DNA of 64,000 nucleotides from Eledone cirrhosa. Lineage: Eukaryota. Both the position numbers and the translations under genes were made by a program. This document shows, piece by piece, positions 40,201 to 53,133 of the stretch; within the stretch, counting starts at the first letter, position 1, and each line of letters begins with the position of its first letter. The notes beneath the pieces are model-generated. The model saw nothing but the letters and a program-made list of their open reading frames with translations, was not told the DNA's origin and did no database searches. The DNA is taken from the NCBI GenBank assembly GCA_964016885.1, contig OZ024741.1, forward strand, positions 211,234,001-211,298,000. The letters run 5' to 3'.

Positions 40201-40708
40201 ATACTTTGGGAGGGTCATGTTGCCAATAAGAAACACACGCACCAGTTGCTTTCACTTCAATTTAATTTAATATATATTTATAAATTTCTGGTTGGTTGGT
40301 TGGTTCCACAACCAGATAGTTGTTTATATATATATAGTCATAGTTCTTTCGTCACACACTCTGTGACCTCTTCAGTGACTGGGGATTTCTTTCTTCGTTT
40401 CTGTGCCTTTCCTTTCTTCTATCCTACGCCATTTTGTGCCTTTCCTTTCTTCTATCCTACGCCAACAAAATGGCGTAGGATAGAAGAAAGGAAAGGCACA
40501 GAAACGAAGAAAGAAATCCCCAGTCACTGAAGAGGTCACAGAGTGTGTGACGAAAGAACTATGACTATATATATATAAACAACTATCTGGTTGTGGAACC
40601 AACCAACCAACCAGAAATTTATAAATATATATTAAATTAAATTGAAGTGAAAGCAACTGGTGCGTGTGTTTCTTATTGGCAACATGACCCTCCCAAAGTA
40701 TAACAATA
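40194..40708. mobile_element. Fold-back element with ~243-bp arms, each carrying a hammerhead
   Basis: 40194-40437 is the reverse complement of 40465-40708, and the spacer duplicates adjacent arm sequence. The same terminus (attgttatactt[t/g]gggaggg) abuts (TA)n at ~52940 (minus) and ~63590. Confidence 0.88.
40522..40566 (+). ncRNA. Minimal type-I hammerhead motif (mirror at 40336-40380, minus)
   Basis: agtca-CTGAAGA-g-gtcac-agagtgt-gtgac-GAAAG-aa-CTA-tgact. Confidence 0.78.
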
Positions 40709-40763
40709 TCGGTTTCAACACACGATTTCAGATAAAGAATCTTGCTAAACAAATTCAGAAACG

Positions 40764-40809
<46 letters not shown>

Positions 40810-40812
<3 letters not shown>

Positions 40813-43171
40813 AAAGAATAGAGGTGTAACACACGAGTTATGATACCACCACCATGATAGATGTAACAACTTCCCCGCTTCAAGGGGACAGCAAGGTAAT
40901 TTCCATTTTATCAACTCTCGCTTCCACAATACACAACAAACCCACACCACACGATACAACCAACAACGTAGGCCACCTATAACACCACAATCCAACATGG
41001 CACATAGAAACACACATCCATACTCGCAGTACAGGAACACCCCATTCAATCTACAACCACGAACTCGAACCACATTTTACAACAACAAGGAATATAACAA
41101 ACACAGGAGACCACTTAACATCAGCAGACAACCCCTCTACCCCAACCATTTTTTAGACACAGCACACAGATACAGGCAAACAAAATAACACAAGACAGGG
41201 AGGAGAAACCGAGAGTAATAAAAATTATCAATCTAACTAGTGCAGAACCAACATCCAACCTTATCAACTTACTCTCCAAAGGTCTTAAATTCACACCGAC
41301 CCCCACTACGTCCTGACTACTATTAAATAAAGGAAGACACCACAGACTTCTGTAGAAAGTTACGACTCAGTGAAGAACTATTCCACCAGTAAAATGAGGA
41401 TGAATCATTAGAAATAGAAGCAATTAGACCCCATCAAAAGGTAGAAATAAAATCCTGGACGAATTCTGTGAATACATCACAAACTTCCCTTACCAACACT
41501 TGCACAGACAAAAACACAAGCCAAACCTCAACAAGAAAGAATGGGAAGAATTAAATAGATTAAAAACCGACAGAACCATTACAATTAAAGAGGCTGATAA
41601 AGGGAGTACAGTAGTCCTAATGGAGACAGAATTCTATATCAACTTAGCGCTCTCCATTTTGGAAAACGAAACATACTACGAAAAGGCTGAACACTACAAT
41701 CAACAGAAAATTATGAGAAATCTAAAAACTCTGATCAACCAATACAAAGAAGGACTCACTAACAAGGAATTCAGTTTCATCACAGACTTCACAAGTAAAT
41801 CCAGCCTTTTCTACGGTATCCCTAAAGTACATAAAAGCGAATTAATAAGTAAGGTATGCAAGGAAGCCACAGACATAGTCATCAATGTCCCCTCACCCAA
41901 TGATCTCAAATTAAGACCTATAATAGCAGGCCCCGCTTGCGAAACCCACCGCCTTAGCAACTTCATTGATACCCTTCTCAAGCCTTTTCTCAAACACATC
42001 AAAAGCTATATAAGGGACGACCTAGATATGCTCAATCACCTCCCTAATATGCCCCTTTCTGAACAAACCCTACTAGTGACATTCGATGTAGTCAACCTAT
42101 ACTCCAACATCCCCTACAACCTAGGAATAGAAGCTATCCAATTCTGGCTGGATAATTACCACAATGAACTCCCACAACGCATCAAAAAAGAATTCGTGAT
42201 AGAGGGACTCAAATTTATCTGGAGAACAATTACTTCGTTTTCAATAACAAACCCTACAGGCAGAAATCTGGGACCGCTATGGGAACGAAAACAGCCCCCA
42301 CTTATGCCAACCTAATCATGGGATACCTGGAAATCACCCTCTACACTAAAGTCCTAAACAAATTTGGAAACACTCTCCACTTACACATAGAAAGGAACTG
42401 GAAGCGATATCTAGATGACTGCTTCATCCTTTGGCACGAAAACATCGAGGAACTTAAGGAATTTCACACCCTTATAAATGGGCTCAACACGAATATTAAC
42501 TTCACGATGGAATACAGCCATCAACAACTCCCCTTCCTCGACATTCTCATTAAGATCCATAACAAAAAAATAGAAACAGACATATACTACAAGCCCACAG
42601 ACTCCAAGCAATATCTTCCTTTCAACTCTTGCCACCCTAGATACGTTAAAATTAATATTCCCTACAACTTAGCCAAGAGAATCTGTATTATAGTCTCCAA
42701 TAAAAACACCTGCTACTTACGGCTACAAGAACTAAAGGACACACTCATAAGCAGGGACTACCCTGCATCATTAATTGACAATGGAATCTAACGTGCCCTA
42801 AAACTCAGTACCCAGGACCTTAGACACCCTAAAGTAAATCAACCGAAACTAAAAGCTCTTCCATACATCTCCACACACAACCCCCTCAACAATGAGGCCT
42901 TTGACACCATCCTCCAGAACATCCCGGTGTTAAAAAAGAACGATAGAATGAACCAAATCCTTCGAACACACGATATCATAAAGAGCAAAAGACAATCTAA
43001 GTCAATGAAAAACATCCTAACACATGCCAAAGTACTGCCAACCACAACAACGAAACCCACAGTAAAAAAATGCGATAGACCCAACTGTGGCATATGCATC
43101 AACCTAATAGAGGGTTCGGAATTCTATTTCAAAGAAGGACAACGTTTTATAGTAAAACACAATTTCACATG
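40810..43171 (+). pseudogene. Penelope-like element of a second lineage, frameshifted, truncated just before GIY-YIG
   Basis: LLSKGLKFTPTP, IKEADKGSTVV, FYGIPKVHK, LRPII, LVTFDVVNLYSNIP, AMGTKTAPTYANL, RYLDD, LPFLDI, YYKPTDSKQYL, KCDRPNCGIC...FTC. Confidence 0.92.
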
Positions 43172-43740
43172 CAGGTATTGTTTGGAATCTGTTGGTTTGT
43201 AGTGTATGTCAGTTTCAATGTTTGTGTCTTTTTTAAAGATTAAGATGTCCAGAATTGGGAGATGATCTTGGCTGTATTCCATTTTGAATTGGATGTGGTT
43301 ATTGATGCCGTTAATTAAATTTTTGAAATGATTTAGTTGGTCGAGTGTGTGAGACCAAAGAATGAGACAATCATCCAAGTAGCGTTTCCAATTCTCTGAT
43401 AAATATTTGTGGAAGTTCAATCGGTATTTTGATTTGGACTGTTCATATATCTAGACTTCCAAGTATGCCATGACTAAGTTGGCATAAGTTGGAGCGACTT
43501 TTGAACCCATCGCAGTCGCCGATATTTGCTTGTTCTGCAAAATATATTTTAATCCCTCGTTGATGAAGCTTTTTTCTATTCTGTCAGGTATCTCATTGTG
43601 ATATTTCTCTAGCCAGAATCCTATTGCTTCTAGTCCGTATTGGTGTGGGATCGTTGTGTAGAGATTCACTACATCGAAAGACACAATAATAGTGTCGTTG
43701 TTCACATGTTTGGGGAAGTGGTACTCCTCTAAAAACCTAG
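43172..43740 (-). pseudogene. RT fragment of a related but distinct PLE, joined tail-to-tail to the previous element
   Basis: VSFDVVNLYTTIP, AMGSKVAPTYANL, WKRYLDDCL, YKPTDSKQYL; clearly diverged from the plus-strand copy. Confidence 0.88.
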
Positions 43741-43916
43741 CATTTCGAGCCACCTTTTTCCATATAAAACAGATGTAACATTCGAGCACCAACCAGCTGT
43801 GAGAAAAACCACAAACCCTACTTTTGACAATCACAAGAACTGCTAAACCGGTAAAGGAACCAAATAAATATATTTAAAACAAAAAGACTACTGTTGCATT
43901 TTCGATTTCATCTTTT

Positions 43917-43947
<31 letters not shown>

Positions 43948-44217
43948 ACGGAGGAAGTGTGGTAAGGAACCAGATGGACCATAACGCACCAGAGTACTCA
44001 ATACTTAGGGTAGTAGAGTGGGTAATAGGACAATGTTTAACCCGACGGCAGCGGTCCAGAAATAGCCATCCAAACGGCTTGAGCTTCGCCGTCGGGGTTA
44101 AACATTTTCCTATCTGTATATATGTATATAGGTATATCTATGTCTATATATATATATATAGGAAAAAGTATGACCCCGACGGCAGAGCTCAAGCCGTTTC
44201 GATGGCTATTTCTGGAC
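43948..44217. mobile_element. Palindromic element family of 32874-33065 (inverse orientation, rearranged arms)
   Basis: gtggtaaggaaccag.tggaccataacgcacca.agtactcaatactt is the reverse complement of the 32985-33060 tail; shares aaacggcttgagct. Confidence 0.8.
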
Positions 44218-44306
44218 TAAATTCATATATTCAGCTGTGCCGTCCGACCCTCTACCGATACTACCAATCCACCGCACGATAGAATTAATTAATATATATA
44301 TATATA

Positions 44307-45202
44307 CTAAAATCCAAAAACAAATTACTTAACGATAGAATTGAACGATCATTATACTGCAACCACAAACTAAAAGCTAAATTCTCTCACTATAAAATAA
44401 CTTAACATTCGAACCCGTAACTACAACACCACTTTCTAGCTAACAACCTTCTCTTCTCCCCCACACTACAAGACAATACACTGCTTATCACTATACATGG
44501 TAACTCAGTACAATTCCTAGATTACTACTACAAAACCAAAAGTTCACTCACCACATATACTTTATCTGTCCCCTCTCTACCTATATATCTCTCTCTACAT
44601 CCATTACACTCTCTCTCTCTCACCTTTGACCTACCTCCCTCTCAACATCTATGAACTTGACCTCTGGGGCAATAAATAATTCCGACCTCAACTATCTACG
44701 CATCTCTCCAAAAGTAACTAATAAAACCCCTACCATAACATTTTGATTAAGATATCTACAAGCCACTCTCTCCTACTTCTCCAACCCCTGCATATCTTTC
44801 CTTCTCTCTCCATCTTCCCTACTTTTCTCTCTTCCTGTTCCACTCTATCTTCCCCAACAACCCCACTTAAGGGTTTTTACATTGTATATTTACCATTCTG
44901 CTCTGAGGAAACAGTGGTCACAGCATTGGATATTCGAGTTCTGCAAATACTTGTGAATTTGCACGTAGCGGAACTAGGCTGCAGTACCACCGTGGAAACA
45001 CTTGTAAGCACACGGAATAAACTACCTTTTTATGATGTCTACCTGTTATTATTCATTCTTTATATACACTCCGGAATACTGAAGGATCAGGAACTAAGTT
45101 TCTTGAACAATTCTTCCATAACTCGTAGAGTAACCTCTTACCGTACGTCAACCATATCCAGTGTAGTAATTAACCATCACTGCATCTTGGATAATCCTAT
45201 AC

Positions 45203-45208
<6 letters not shown>
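44307..45208 (+). mobile_element. 3' end of a PLE: last 32 codons, 3' UTR and hammerhead-bearing terminus
   Basis: 44307-44405 translates LKSKNKLLNDRIERSLYCNHKLKAKFSHYKIT*, matching the C-terminus of the 21236 ORF; (TA)n flanks. Confidence 0.8.
44899..45010 (+). ncRNA. Type-I hammerhead motif with ~85-nt stem II
   Basis: tgct-CTGAGGA-aacagtggt...accaccgtg-GAAAC-actt-GTA-agca. Confidence 0.68.
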
Positions 45209-45258
<50 letters not shown>

Positions 45259-45273
45259 CATACATACATACAT

Positions 45274-45323
<50 letters not shown>

Positions 45324-45829
45324 ATATATATATATATTTTATTTTTTATTTTACGTACGCTATTTATTTTATGTACGCTAATGCCAGCAAATACACAGGT
45401 TATGTCATAGTACCTAGGTGGTTCAATGCAGGAGAATGCAGAACAATAATATAAAAGACGTAAAATAAGAAAATTTAAAAAAAAAATAAAAAAAAAATTT
45501 AACTTACTTAAATTTTCACTCCAATGGGATAAAGGCAGTTACGTAATGAACTGTTGAGAATTTCATTGCGTCATCAGGGAGATCTATTCTCAGCCAAGTC
45601 TCCAAGCAATGCGCGGACACTGGGGACTCATATAAAAATAATAATAATTCGGTAAATGGAACAGCTATCGAGGACTGGATTCCAGGCACTGAAAATTCTC
45701 ACTCCCACTGGTCATATGGCCGATTCTAAAGAATCAATCACGTGACACAGAGGCTAGTCAGTAGGAATGGGATGGTAAGATGACAGACGCCTACTAACAC
45801 CCCCAACAAATTTAGAAGTGGTTTGGGCA

Positions 45830-45863
<34 letters not shown>

Positions 45864-45903
45864 GGCTGTCGAGTATGGGCATTGCACAATATACCATTAT
45901 TAA

Positions 45904-45975
<72 letters not shown>

Positions 45976-45985
<10 letters not shown>

Positions 45986-46750
45986 TGAGTCCTTCATCAG
46001 TGACCCTCCAACCGTCCTAGGCATTTCATCGCTTTAAGGGCCATATACCTCAGGTTGGTGCGAACAACGGCTAAAAAAAGTCGTTGGGACACGTAAATAA
46101 AGAGAATGTTAGGGTGAACAAACAAAATGGTTTAAACAACAGAAAGTGAGAAGAAAGAGACAAGTCCCAGATTTCTATGAATATAAACTCGATAAAATCG
46201 TGAACTAGAGAATAAAGACCATCAGACCTGGTTGAAATGTGAGCAAGGAAGGAATTTCGCACAGGTCTAACGGGAGGAAGAAGAAGGGGTCTGGTCTGCG
46301 AATTCGGTAAACATAAGTTCTGTGAAGACGCAGACGAGAGAGAGAGAGAAAAAAAATTTCATACCGGCTTGGCCAAGAGTGCGCGAGAAAAGAAATCGGA
46401 CAGGTCAAGCGGGAAGAAAGAGGAGAGGAGGAGAGGTAGTGACAGGGTATGAGTGAGTGAAAGTTGAGGAATAGGCTAACAGAGAGAGAGACTGCTAGAA
46501 AGGGTAAAGATACAAAGAACGAAACAGACGGGTGGCAGCAGAGGAAAAAATATATGTGTAATTGTTCACCCTAACGTTCTCTTTATTTACGTGTACCAAC
46601 GACTTTTTTTAGCCGTTGTTCGCACCAACCTGAGGTATATGGCCCTTAAAGCGGTGAAATGCCTAGGACGGTTGGAGGGTCACTGATGAAGGACTCACTT
46701 TTTTATATGTAACCCATTTGCAACGCCGCAGCTCCATTATTATCATATTT
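45976..46750. mobile_element. Non-coding element with ~146-bp inverted repeats, same family as 20513-21085
   Basis: 45976-46122 is the reverse complement of ~46562-46707; shares agtccttcatcagtga...ttggtgcga and atatgtaacccat.tgcaac. Confidence 0.8.
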
Positions 46751-46785
<35 letters not shown>

Positions 46786-46789
<4 letters not shown>

Positions 46790-46916
46790 CGTCCCTTTAC
46801 GATCTGAGTTCAAATCCCGCCGAGGTTAACTTTGCCTTTCATCTTTACGGGGTCGATAAAATAAAGTACCAGTAAGACACTGGGTAATTGCTGGCCTTGT
46901 GCCTAAAGTAGAAACA
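46786..46916 (+). mobile_element. 3' part of a SINE family A copy whose 5' head lies inverted at 44236-44273
   Basis: Body and tail are here. The 20-bp TSD attaattaattctatcgtgc at 46917-46936 appears as its reverse complement at 44274-44293. Confidence 0.85.
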
Positions 46917-47478
46917 ATTAATTAATTCTATCGTGCAATGCCTGTGCGTGAATATAATTTTTAAAGTGAGGAAAGACTGTGCACTGAGCCAATCCCACTC
47001 TCTGAGCGACAGTAGCTATAACCCGAAAAGAAGAAAAGATCAACATCATCGGTAACTACTGAGCCGCAGGTTTTATATCGGAGTTATCCCAGTTTCCTAA
47101 GTTGCCTTCTCCTAGAAGAATACCCTGACAAAGGCTAGGGGTCCTTCACTCCCAGTGGTTTAACCGCGCAATTGGATATCCAGCCTGACTATTTCTATGT
47201 CCCCGCACATATACATACACATGCACCCATGTACATACACATATATATACATATGTACATGTGTATATACATATTTACAAACTTTTGGATGACCGTTGAC
47301 TCTTATGAGTTCTTACGCCCTTTGTCAGGTGTTGTTTTTTGTCCTGCAGGGTGTCCAAGATCACCCCTTCTCACCAAAGAAACTTGGTGGGGTTGCCAGT
47401 TTAGTCGCCGACGACCCGACCATGCGACAGGTTGTACTGGGCTACATGTTAGTACAACCTGTCGCATATATACAGATA

Positions 47479-47541
<63 letters not shown>

Positions 47542-47619
47542 AAACAGAAATAGCAACACAATCGGTACAATATATGGAAGGAATATATTAAATTAACGCT
47601 TGAAATAGCAAGAAGAGGG

Positions 47620-47655
47620 TCTTAACGTTTCAGACGCTAGTCCTTCATCAGAAGA
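47620..47655 (-). ncRNA. Minimal PLE-type hammerhead motif
   Basis: Reverse complement: tctt-CTGATGA-aggac-tagc-gtct-GAAACGTT-aaga; palindromic ACGT in stem III. Confidence 0.8.
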
Positions 47656-47751
47656 AAGAATGAGAAATAAGATAGATTGAAGGGACGAGCGGGGTGTAAT
47701 GGAAAAAAAATGTCTTTAGTTAAAAGAACAGGTTCATTCATGTTGACATCT

Positions 47752-47820
<69 letters not shown>

Positions 47821-47863
47821 ATAAGAAACGGAGAATCAGTGTTGCGACGAATAAAATTTATTA

Positions 47864-47950
47864 GACATATTACAATAGTTTCTCTGGCGACCAGCTTGAG
47901 GCACGATCGATGCAATGATCGAACCTGATCACAAGGTCCTCAGATGCGTC
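47864..47950 (-). ncRNA. Type-I hammerhead motif
   Basis: Reverse complement: gacgcat-CTGAGGA-54 nt-GAAAC-tatt-GTA-atatgtc. Homolog at 63433-63525. Confidence 0.68.
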
Positions 47951-48029
47951 TCGATTCTACGAAGCAGAGTTTCTTTATATATACATATATAAAGAGATGT
48001 TAACATGAATGGACCTGAATATATATATA

Positions 48030-49147
48030 TGGGATAACAAGTTATCGTTATAGGTAATCCAGTTAGAGGTTGTGAGTACTCTGCGTCGTGGATAGTTTTA
48101 ACGTACGGCTTTTTTGACTCAACAAGATGCTTCCATAGTTATGCAGCGAGTTCGCGGTAATTTTCAGGCAGGTTATACTTGGAGTAATAATAGTTAAAGA
48201 ATGAAGATTAACATGGTTGGCTGTATAATAAGGGCTTTATTTAAAGTACTGACAATTGTTTCATTGATCATGTGGGTTTATAGTTCGCTAATCGCTTGAT
48301 GTTGCGTTATTCGATCTCCAATACATTATTCACCTATGGTCAACACATCAGAGCATGTAGATATGAAAATAATTAACTCGAGGCAAAACTTATATAGAGA
48401 AATAGTGTATAATTAAAACAATAACATCAATAATAAAATAGCGTATAATATAAACAATAACATCAATAATAATACATGTATGGTAAATAGGTAGAGAAGT
48501 TACAGATGTAAAAAGTAAAAGTAGAATAAAAGATAGGGTACATAAAAAAGTAAGAAAATGAGAGAATAGAAAATATAAAGAGATAAATAAATAAGTGAGA
48601 TCGTGTAAATACATAGTAGTATTTGAGTAAGTGTTCTTTGGTGGGAAGCTAGATTTGAGATGTACATAGATACGTGGGTCCGATAAAAGGAACAATAAAT
48701 TAGAGATTTATTGGTGGATGTATGTATGATATTTATGGGCTAGGGATGATTGATAAACCCTTGTAAATGTTTTGCTGATTGTTCTATCTTAATGGGGTTG
48801 ATGTTGTTTCAGGGTGAGAGGGTGAAAGAAATGTTCAGAGATTTATGACCCAGTGACCAGTGGGCTGTTTGATAGCTAATAGCAGTGAGATGGTGTGTAT
48901 TCTATATGTTAAAATCTAGGTGGTTCAGTACTAATTTAGGCATTGCTGGTTCAATTCATGGTAGTTTAAAGTTTGTGAATCTAGTAGCTATTTTATGACC
49001 TTAGGTGTATAATGTATTGGAGATCGAATAACGCAACATCAAGCGATTAGCGAACTCTACACCCACATGATCAACGAAACAATTGTCAGTACTTTAAATA
49101 AAGCCCCTATTGTACAGGCAACCATGTTAATCTTCATTCTTTAACTA
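48030..49147. mobile_element. pLTR-like fold-back element, relative of 1903-2680
   Basis: Shared terminus gggataaca.gttatcgttat; inverted arms ~48190-48326 and ~49011-49147; degenerate hammerhead CTGATGT...GAAAC-AATT-GTC at 48247-48355 (minus). Confidence 0.78.
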
Positions 49148-49149
49148 TA

Positions 49150-49498
49150 TATATATAAATGAAAAGTATGGAAATTATTGTAGCAAGAAGCCAACAGTAT
49201 TCCATAATATATAAGTGACTATAGCGTCAAAATGGAAAAATAGTTAACGTAAGAGGTGGGAAAATAATTCAAACTAAATTAAAAAAGAATCAGGATATAG
49301 ATTCATCCACATAATTTGGTGAAATCCTGGGAAAAATCAATAGAGCCTTAACTCAGAATAAAATAAAGTTTAAAATACTCATCCTTCAATTTGTAAAAAC
49401 TACCAATGCTCTGTATAGTCTTAAAAAAGACTATTTCGCGAAACTTTCAGTGGGGATGGTCACGGTTGGAAATAGATCATCAGCAGAGCTCAAAGACA
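49150..49498 (-). mobile_element. Second copy of the 7802-8638 family, with hammerhead at 49408-49489
   Basis: Reverse complement aligns with ~8292-8638, including stems I and III. Confidence 0.88.
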
Positions 49499-50568
49499 TA
49501 TATATATATATATATAAAAATTTATATATATATATATATATATATATAAGAACAAAAGATGGTTAAAAGAGTTCCATGTATTTTATTATGCGCATTTCAA
49601 AAACAAATATCATCATGCAATAATATTTGTGTTTTCATCAGATAAAACAGGAAGACATGATATGAAGGTTAAAAATCACTTGTGGATAGTGCAGTTTTAA
49701 ATCAACATATGAAAAGTAGTTTTAGATTGATGTGTGACATTGGGAAAAATATTTTATTTTGAGGGGGGGGGATGAAAAAGAGGAGGAGATGAGAGTAAAA
49801 AGTGGAGAGGGAGGAGTATAATGAGGAAGGATGAGATAGGAGGAGAGATGGGTGATAGAGAGAGAGAGATAGCTTTTATAACTGAGAAAGATATATAGAG
49901 AGGTTGAAAACCGTTGGAAGATAATGTATAAATTAAAAGAATTTGAAAATTAACGAAGAGAAAAATAGTGTAAAGTTAAGGTTTGTATATTGAGGGGTTT
50001 AATAATCTGTGCGATGAAACCGAAATGTTAATATGTATTAAGAATAATATTTAAGGGTTTAATAACATGTGCGATGGAAAAGAAAAAGTTAATATGTATT
50101 AAGAATGATATTTAAGGGTTTAATAATATGTGCGATGGAAAGAAAATGTTGATATGTATTATTAAAAGAACAACAGGTAATTTAAGTAAGGATATATTGT
50201 GAGATGAGCATGAATGAGTTAGATGAAAGGGAGAAAAAAATAATGAATTGAGGATGAATAATCTAACGTCAAAAAAATATTTGTTTACGAAGGATTTTTA
50301 CAAGGTGATATAGAGTAAGAATGTATTGTATTATCTAATAATTGATTCTATGTTAGGCAACAGTGAGAAAAGGTACAGATTAGGGGTTAGACATTAAAAG
50401 AAAAAGAGAAGAAAGGGAAGTGATAAATAGGAGCGATATAGAATGAGTAACAAGTATTATAGAATGTACCTTTGAAATAAGGTAGAAAGATGGGTATATT
50501 TTTAAAGAAGTGTATATATGTATATGTGCCTTTGAGAAAAAGATTCTAAATTGATAAAGATTTGGATA

Positions 50569-50890
50569 TTAGCTGTATACTTTGTGGAATGTTTTGTGGA
50601 ATTTATGCAAGCAGATAGAAAACAAGTCAGTGCGTCTATTTATTATAGAATCTAAATTAGATATAATGGTAAATTTTTCATTTAGACAGAGATTGCAAAT
50701 TTTGGATAGAGAACTGTTCAAGTATGAATTCGCAGAAGAAACCTTCTTCCAAAAGATGCTATATTTAATATTTTTGTCTTTCAAGGACCATATGCGTTCT
50801 GAGAGAGCCGTGTTGGTTCTTTGACGAGTTTTAAAAGAGGTGGAAGTGGAGCTAAAATAGGTGAAGGAATTGGTGTCAGTTATAACACAT
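50569..50890 (-). pseudogene. GIY-YIG endonuclease C-terminal remnant of a PLE
   Basis: TYFSSTSTSFKTR, TALSERIWSLKDKNIKYSIFW, CNLCLNEK, INRRTDLFSICLHK. Confidence 0.85.
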
Positions 50891-51315
50891 GTTATTAAAC
50901 CCTTAAATATTATTCTTAATACATATTAACATTTTCTTTTCATCGCACATATTATTAAACCCCTCAATATACAAACCTTAACTTTACATTATTTTTCTCT
51001 TCGTTAATTTTCAAATTCTTTTAATTTATACATTATCTTCCAACGGTTTTCAACCTCTCTATGTAAAATAATATATCTTTCTCAGTTATAAAAGCTATCT
51101 CTCTCTCTCTATCACCCGTCTCTCCTCCTATCTCATCCTTCCTCATTATACTCCTCCCTCTCCACTTTTTACTCTCATCTCCTCCTCTTTTTCACCCCCC
51201 CCTCAAAATAAAATATTTTTCCCAATATCACACATCAATCTAAAACTACTTTTCATATGTTGATTTAAAACTGCACTATCCACAAGTGTTTTTTAACCTT
51301 CATATCATGTCTTCC

Positions 51316-51386
51316 TGTTTTATCTGATGAAAACACAAATATTATTGCATGATGATATTTGTTTTTGAAATGCGCATAATAAAATA
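51316..51386 (+). ncRNA. Type-I hammerhead motif (mirror at 49579-49649, minus)
   Basis: tgttttat-CTGATGA-aaacacaaatattatt-gcat-gatgatatttgttttt-GAAAT-GCGC-ATA-ataaaata; all three stems pair. Confidence 0.85.
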
Positions 51387-51509
51387 CATCGAACTCTTTT
51401 AACCATCTTTTGTTCTTATATATTATGTATACTCCAGTCCTACAAACTGTAGAGTGCTTCTTATCCGATATCTGCATTGCTTTATTGTACTACAATAAAA
51501 CTCACCTCC

Positions 51510-51585
<76 letters not shown>

Positions 51586-51599
51586 TACATATATATATA

Positions 51600-51796
51600 T
51601 CAGGATTGAACCAGTTTTAAACTAGATAGAATATTATTTAACAGAGTAATCTATATTTGTGATAGTAGAATATGACTACATTAGAAGGAGTCGGGGCCCG
51701 ACGGCTGAGCTCTTGCCGTTTTAACACCAAGTTCCAGCTTAGAACTAGCTGTTGAAACGGCAACAGCTCAACCCTCGGGCACCGATTCTTTCTAAT
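51600..51796. mobile_element. Diverged member of the palindromic 32874 family
   Basis: attagaaggagtcgg...gagctcttgccgttt...gaaacggcaacagctc...ccgattctttctaat hairpin. Confidence 0.65.
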
Positions 51797-52134
51797 ATAT
51801 ATATATAATCAATATGTTTCTGGGTCATTACCCATCATCAGGACTGTATACCTCTGCTAGTCTGTTGAACGCTTGAAGTATAGTATTTTCTTAAGTACAC
51901 ATTAGCTGAGTAGCCTCATTTGCACACCGAGCGAGTTACGGCTGACCTTGCCGAATATTAAAAATGAAATTAGAATTGTATTACTCGCCCTAGCACAGCT
52001 GTTACACAAATATAGGTATGCACACGTGCATATATATTTTATTCTTAATTTTCCTCAATATCACTGAGTTGGCTGGATCTTGAGAACTTTCAAGAGACTG
52101 AGAAACTATGTTGGTACTATGGAGGACATTTTTC

Positions 52135-52662
52135 CTAAGCCGACTAGACTATTGCTTGAAGCAATCCAACGCAGCTACACCAATAGGATTGACATGATGA
52201 AGGATATGAGTTCCTGGGAGAGGCTAAAAGAATTGAAACTATACTCCTTGGAACGAAGGCAGCAGAGATACGCAGTGATATAAATATATAAGATCCTGGA
52301 AGGACTAGCACCAAACTTTGGTATCTAGAACTGGACAAACCCCGAACAGGACGTCACTGTGTGATGCTTACCGTCTTTCACATCTATTGTAAGGAGCAGA
52401 TATTGCAAAAGTCTGGGGTTCAAAGGCCCCGAACTCCTTAAAAAGGTGCCAAGAAACTTGAGAGATTTATATGGAGTGAACGGGGATGTTTTCAAGAAAC
52501 ATTTTGACACTGTGCTGTTCAAGATCCCAGGTTGAACCCACAACACGTAAGGGCAGGAGCAATGAACTCCCTCCTACATCAATGACCAGCCAACGCAGGT
52601 TGGGTATAGAAAGTGAACCAACAAGGGCGGTGCCCCAGTATGGCTGGAACAGGTAAAAGAAT
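52135..52662 (+). mobile_element. CR1-type LINE 3' fragment
   Basis: LEAIQRSYT..I..MKDMSSWERLKELKLYSLERR..RY..I*IYKI, then SLGFKGPELL..VPRNLR; stops and frameshifts present. Confidence 0.8.
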
Positions 52663-52783
52663 AATATATAAATAGATGTATACATATATATATATGTATA
52701 TAATATAGATGTTCTTTTACGCCAAATCGTTTGTACATGACCCATATTTTACATTATTACACGCACACATATATATATGTACA

Positions 52784-52854
<71 letters not shown>

Positions 52855-52937
52855 TATATATATTAATATATATATAACGGCGATGAATTAGTTATTAATT
52901 CTGGCAATATTACACAAATATGACCCTCCCCAAGTAT

Positions 52938-52982
<45 letters not shown>

Positions 52983-53007
52983 TATACATATATATACATA
53001 TATATGT

Positions 53008-53071
<64 letters not shown>

Positions 53072-53086
53072 ACATATTATATAATA

Positions 53087-53133
<47 letters not shown>

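Larger units (their letters stand above)
49543..51511. mobile_element. PLE 3' fragment with ~530-bp inverted repeats (49543-50070 / 50887-51422)
   Basis: The arms enclose a minus-strand GIY-YIG remnant, and both arms carry a hammerhead. Confidence 0.88.

Noticed and set aside
45525-45585. Minus-strand CTGATGA followed by a hairpin (cgcaatgaa...ttcattacg)
   Set aside because: GAAA, stem III and stem I are not recoverable, so it was not counted as a hammerhead.
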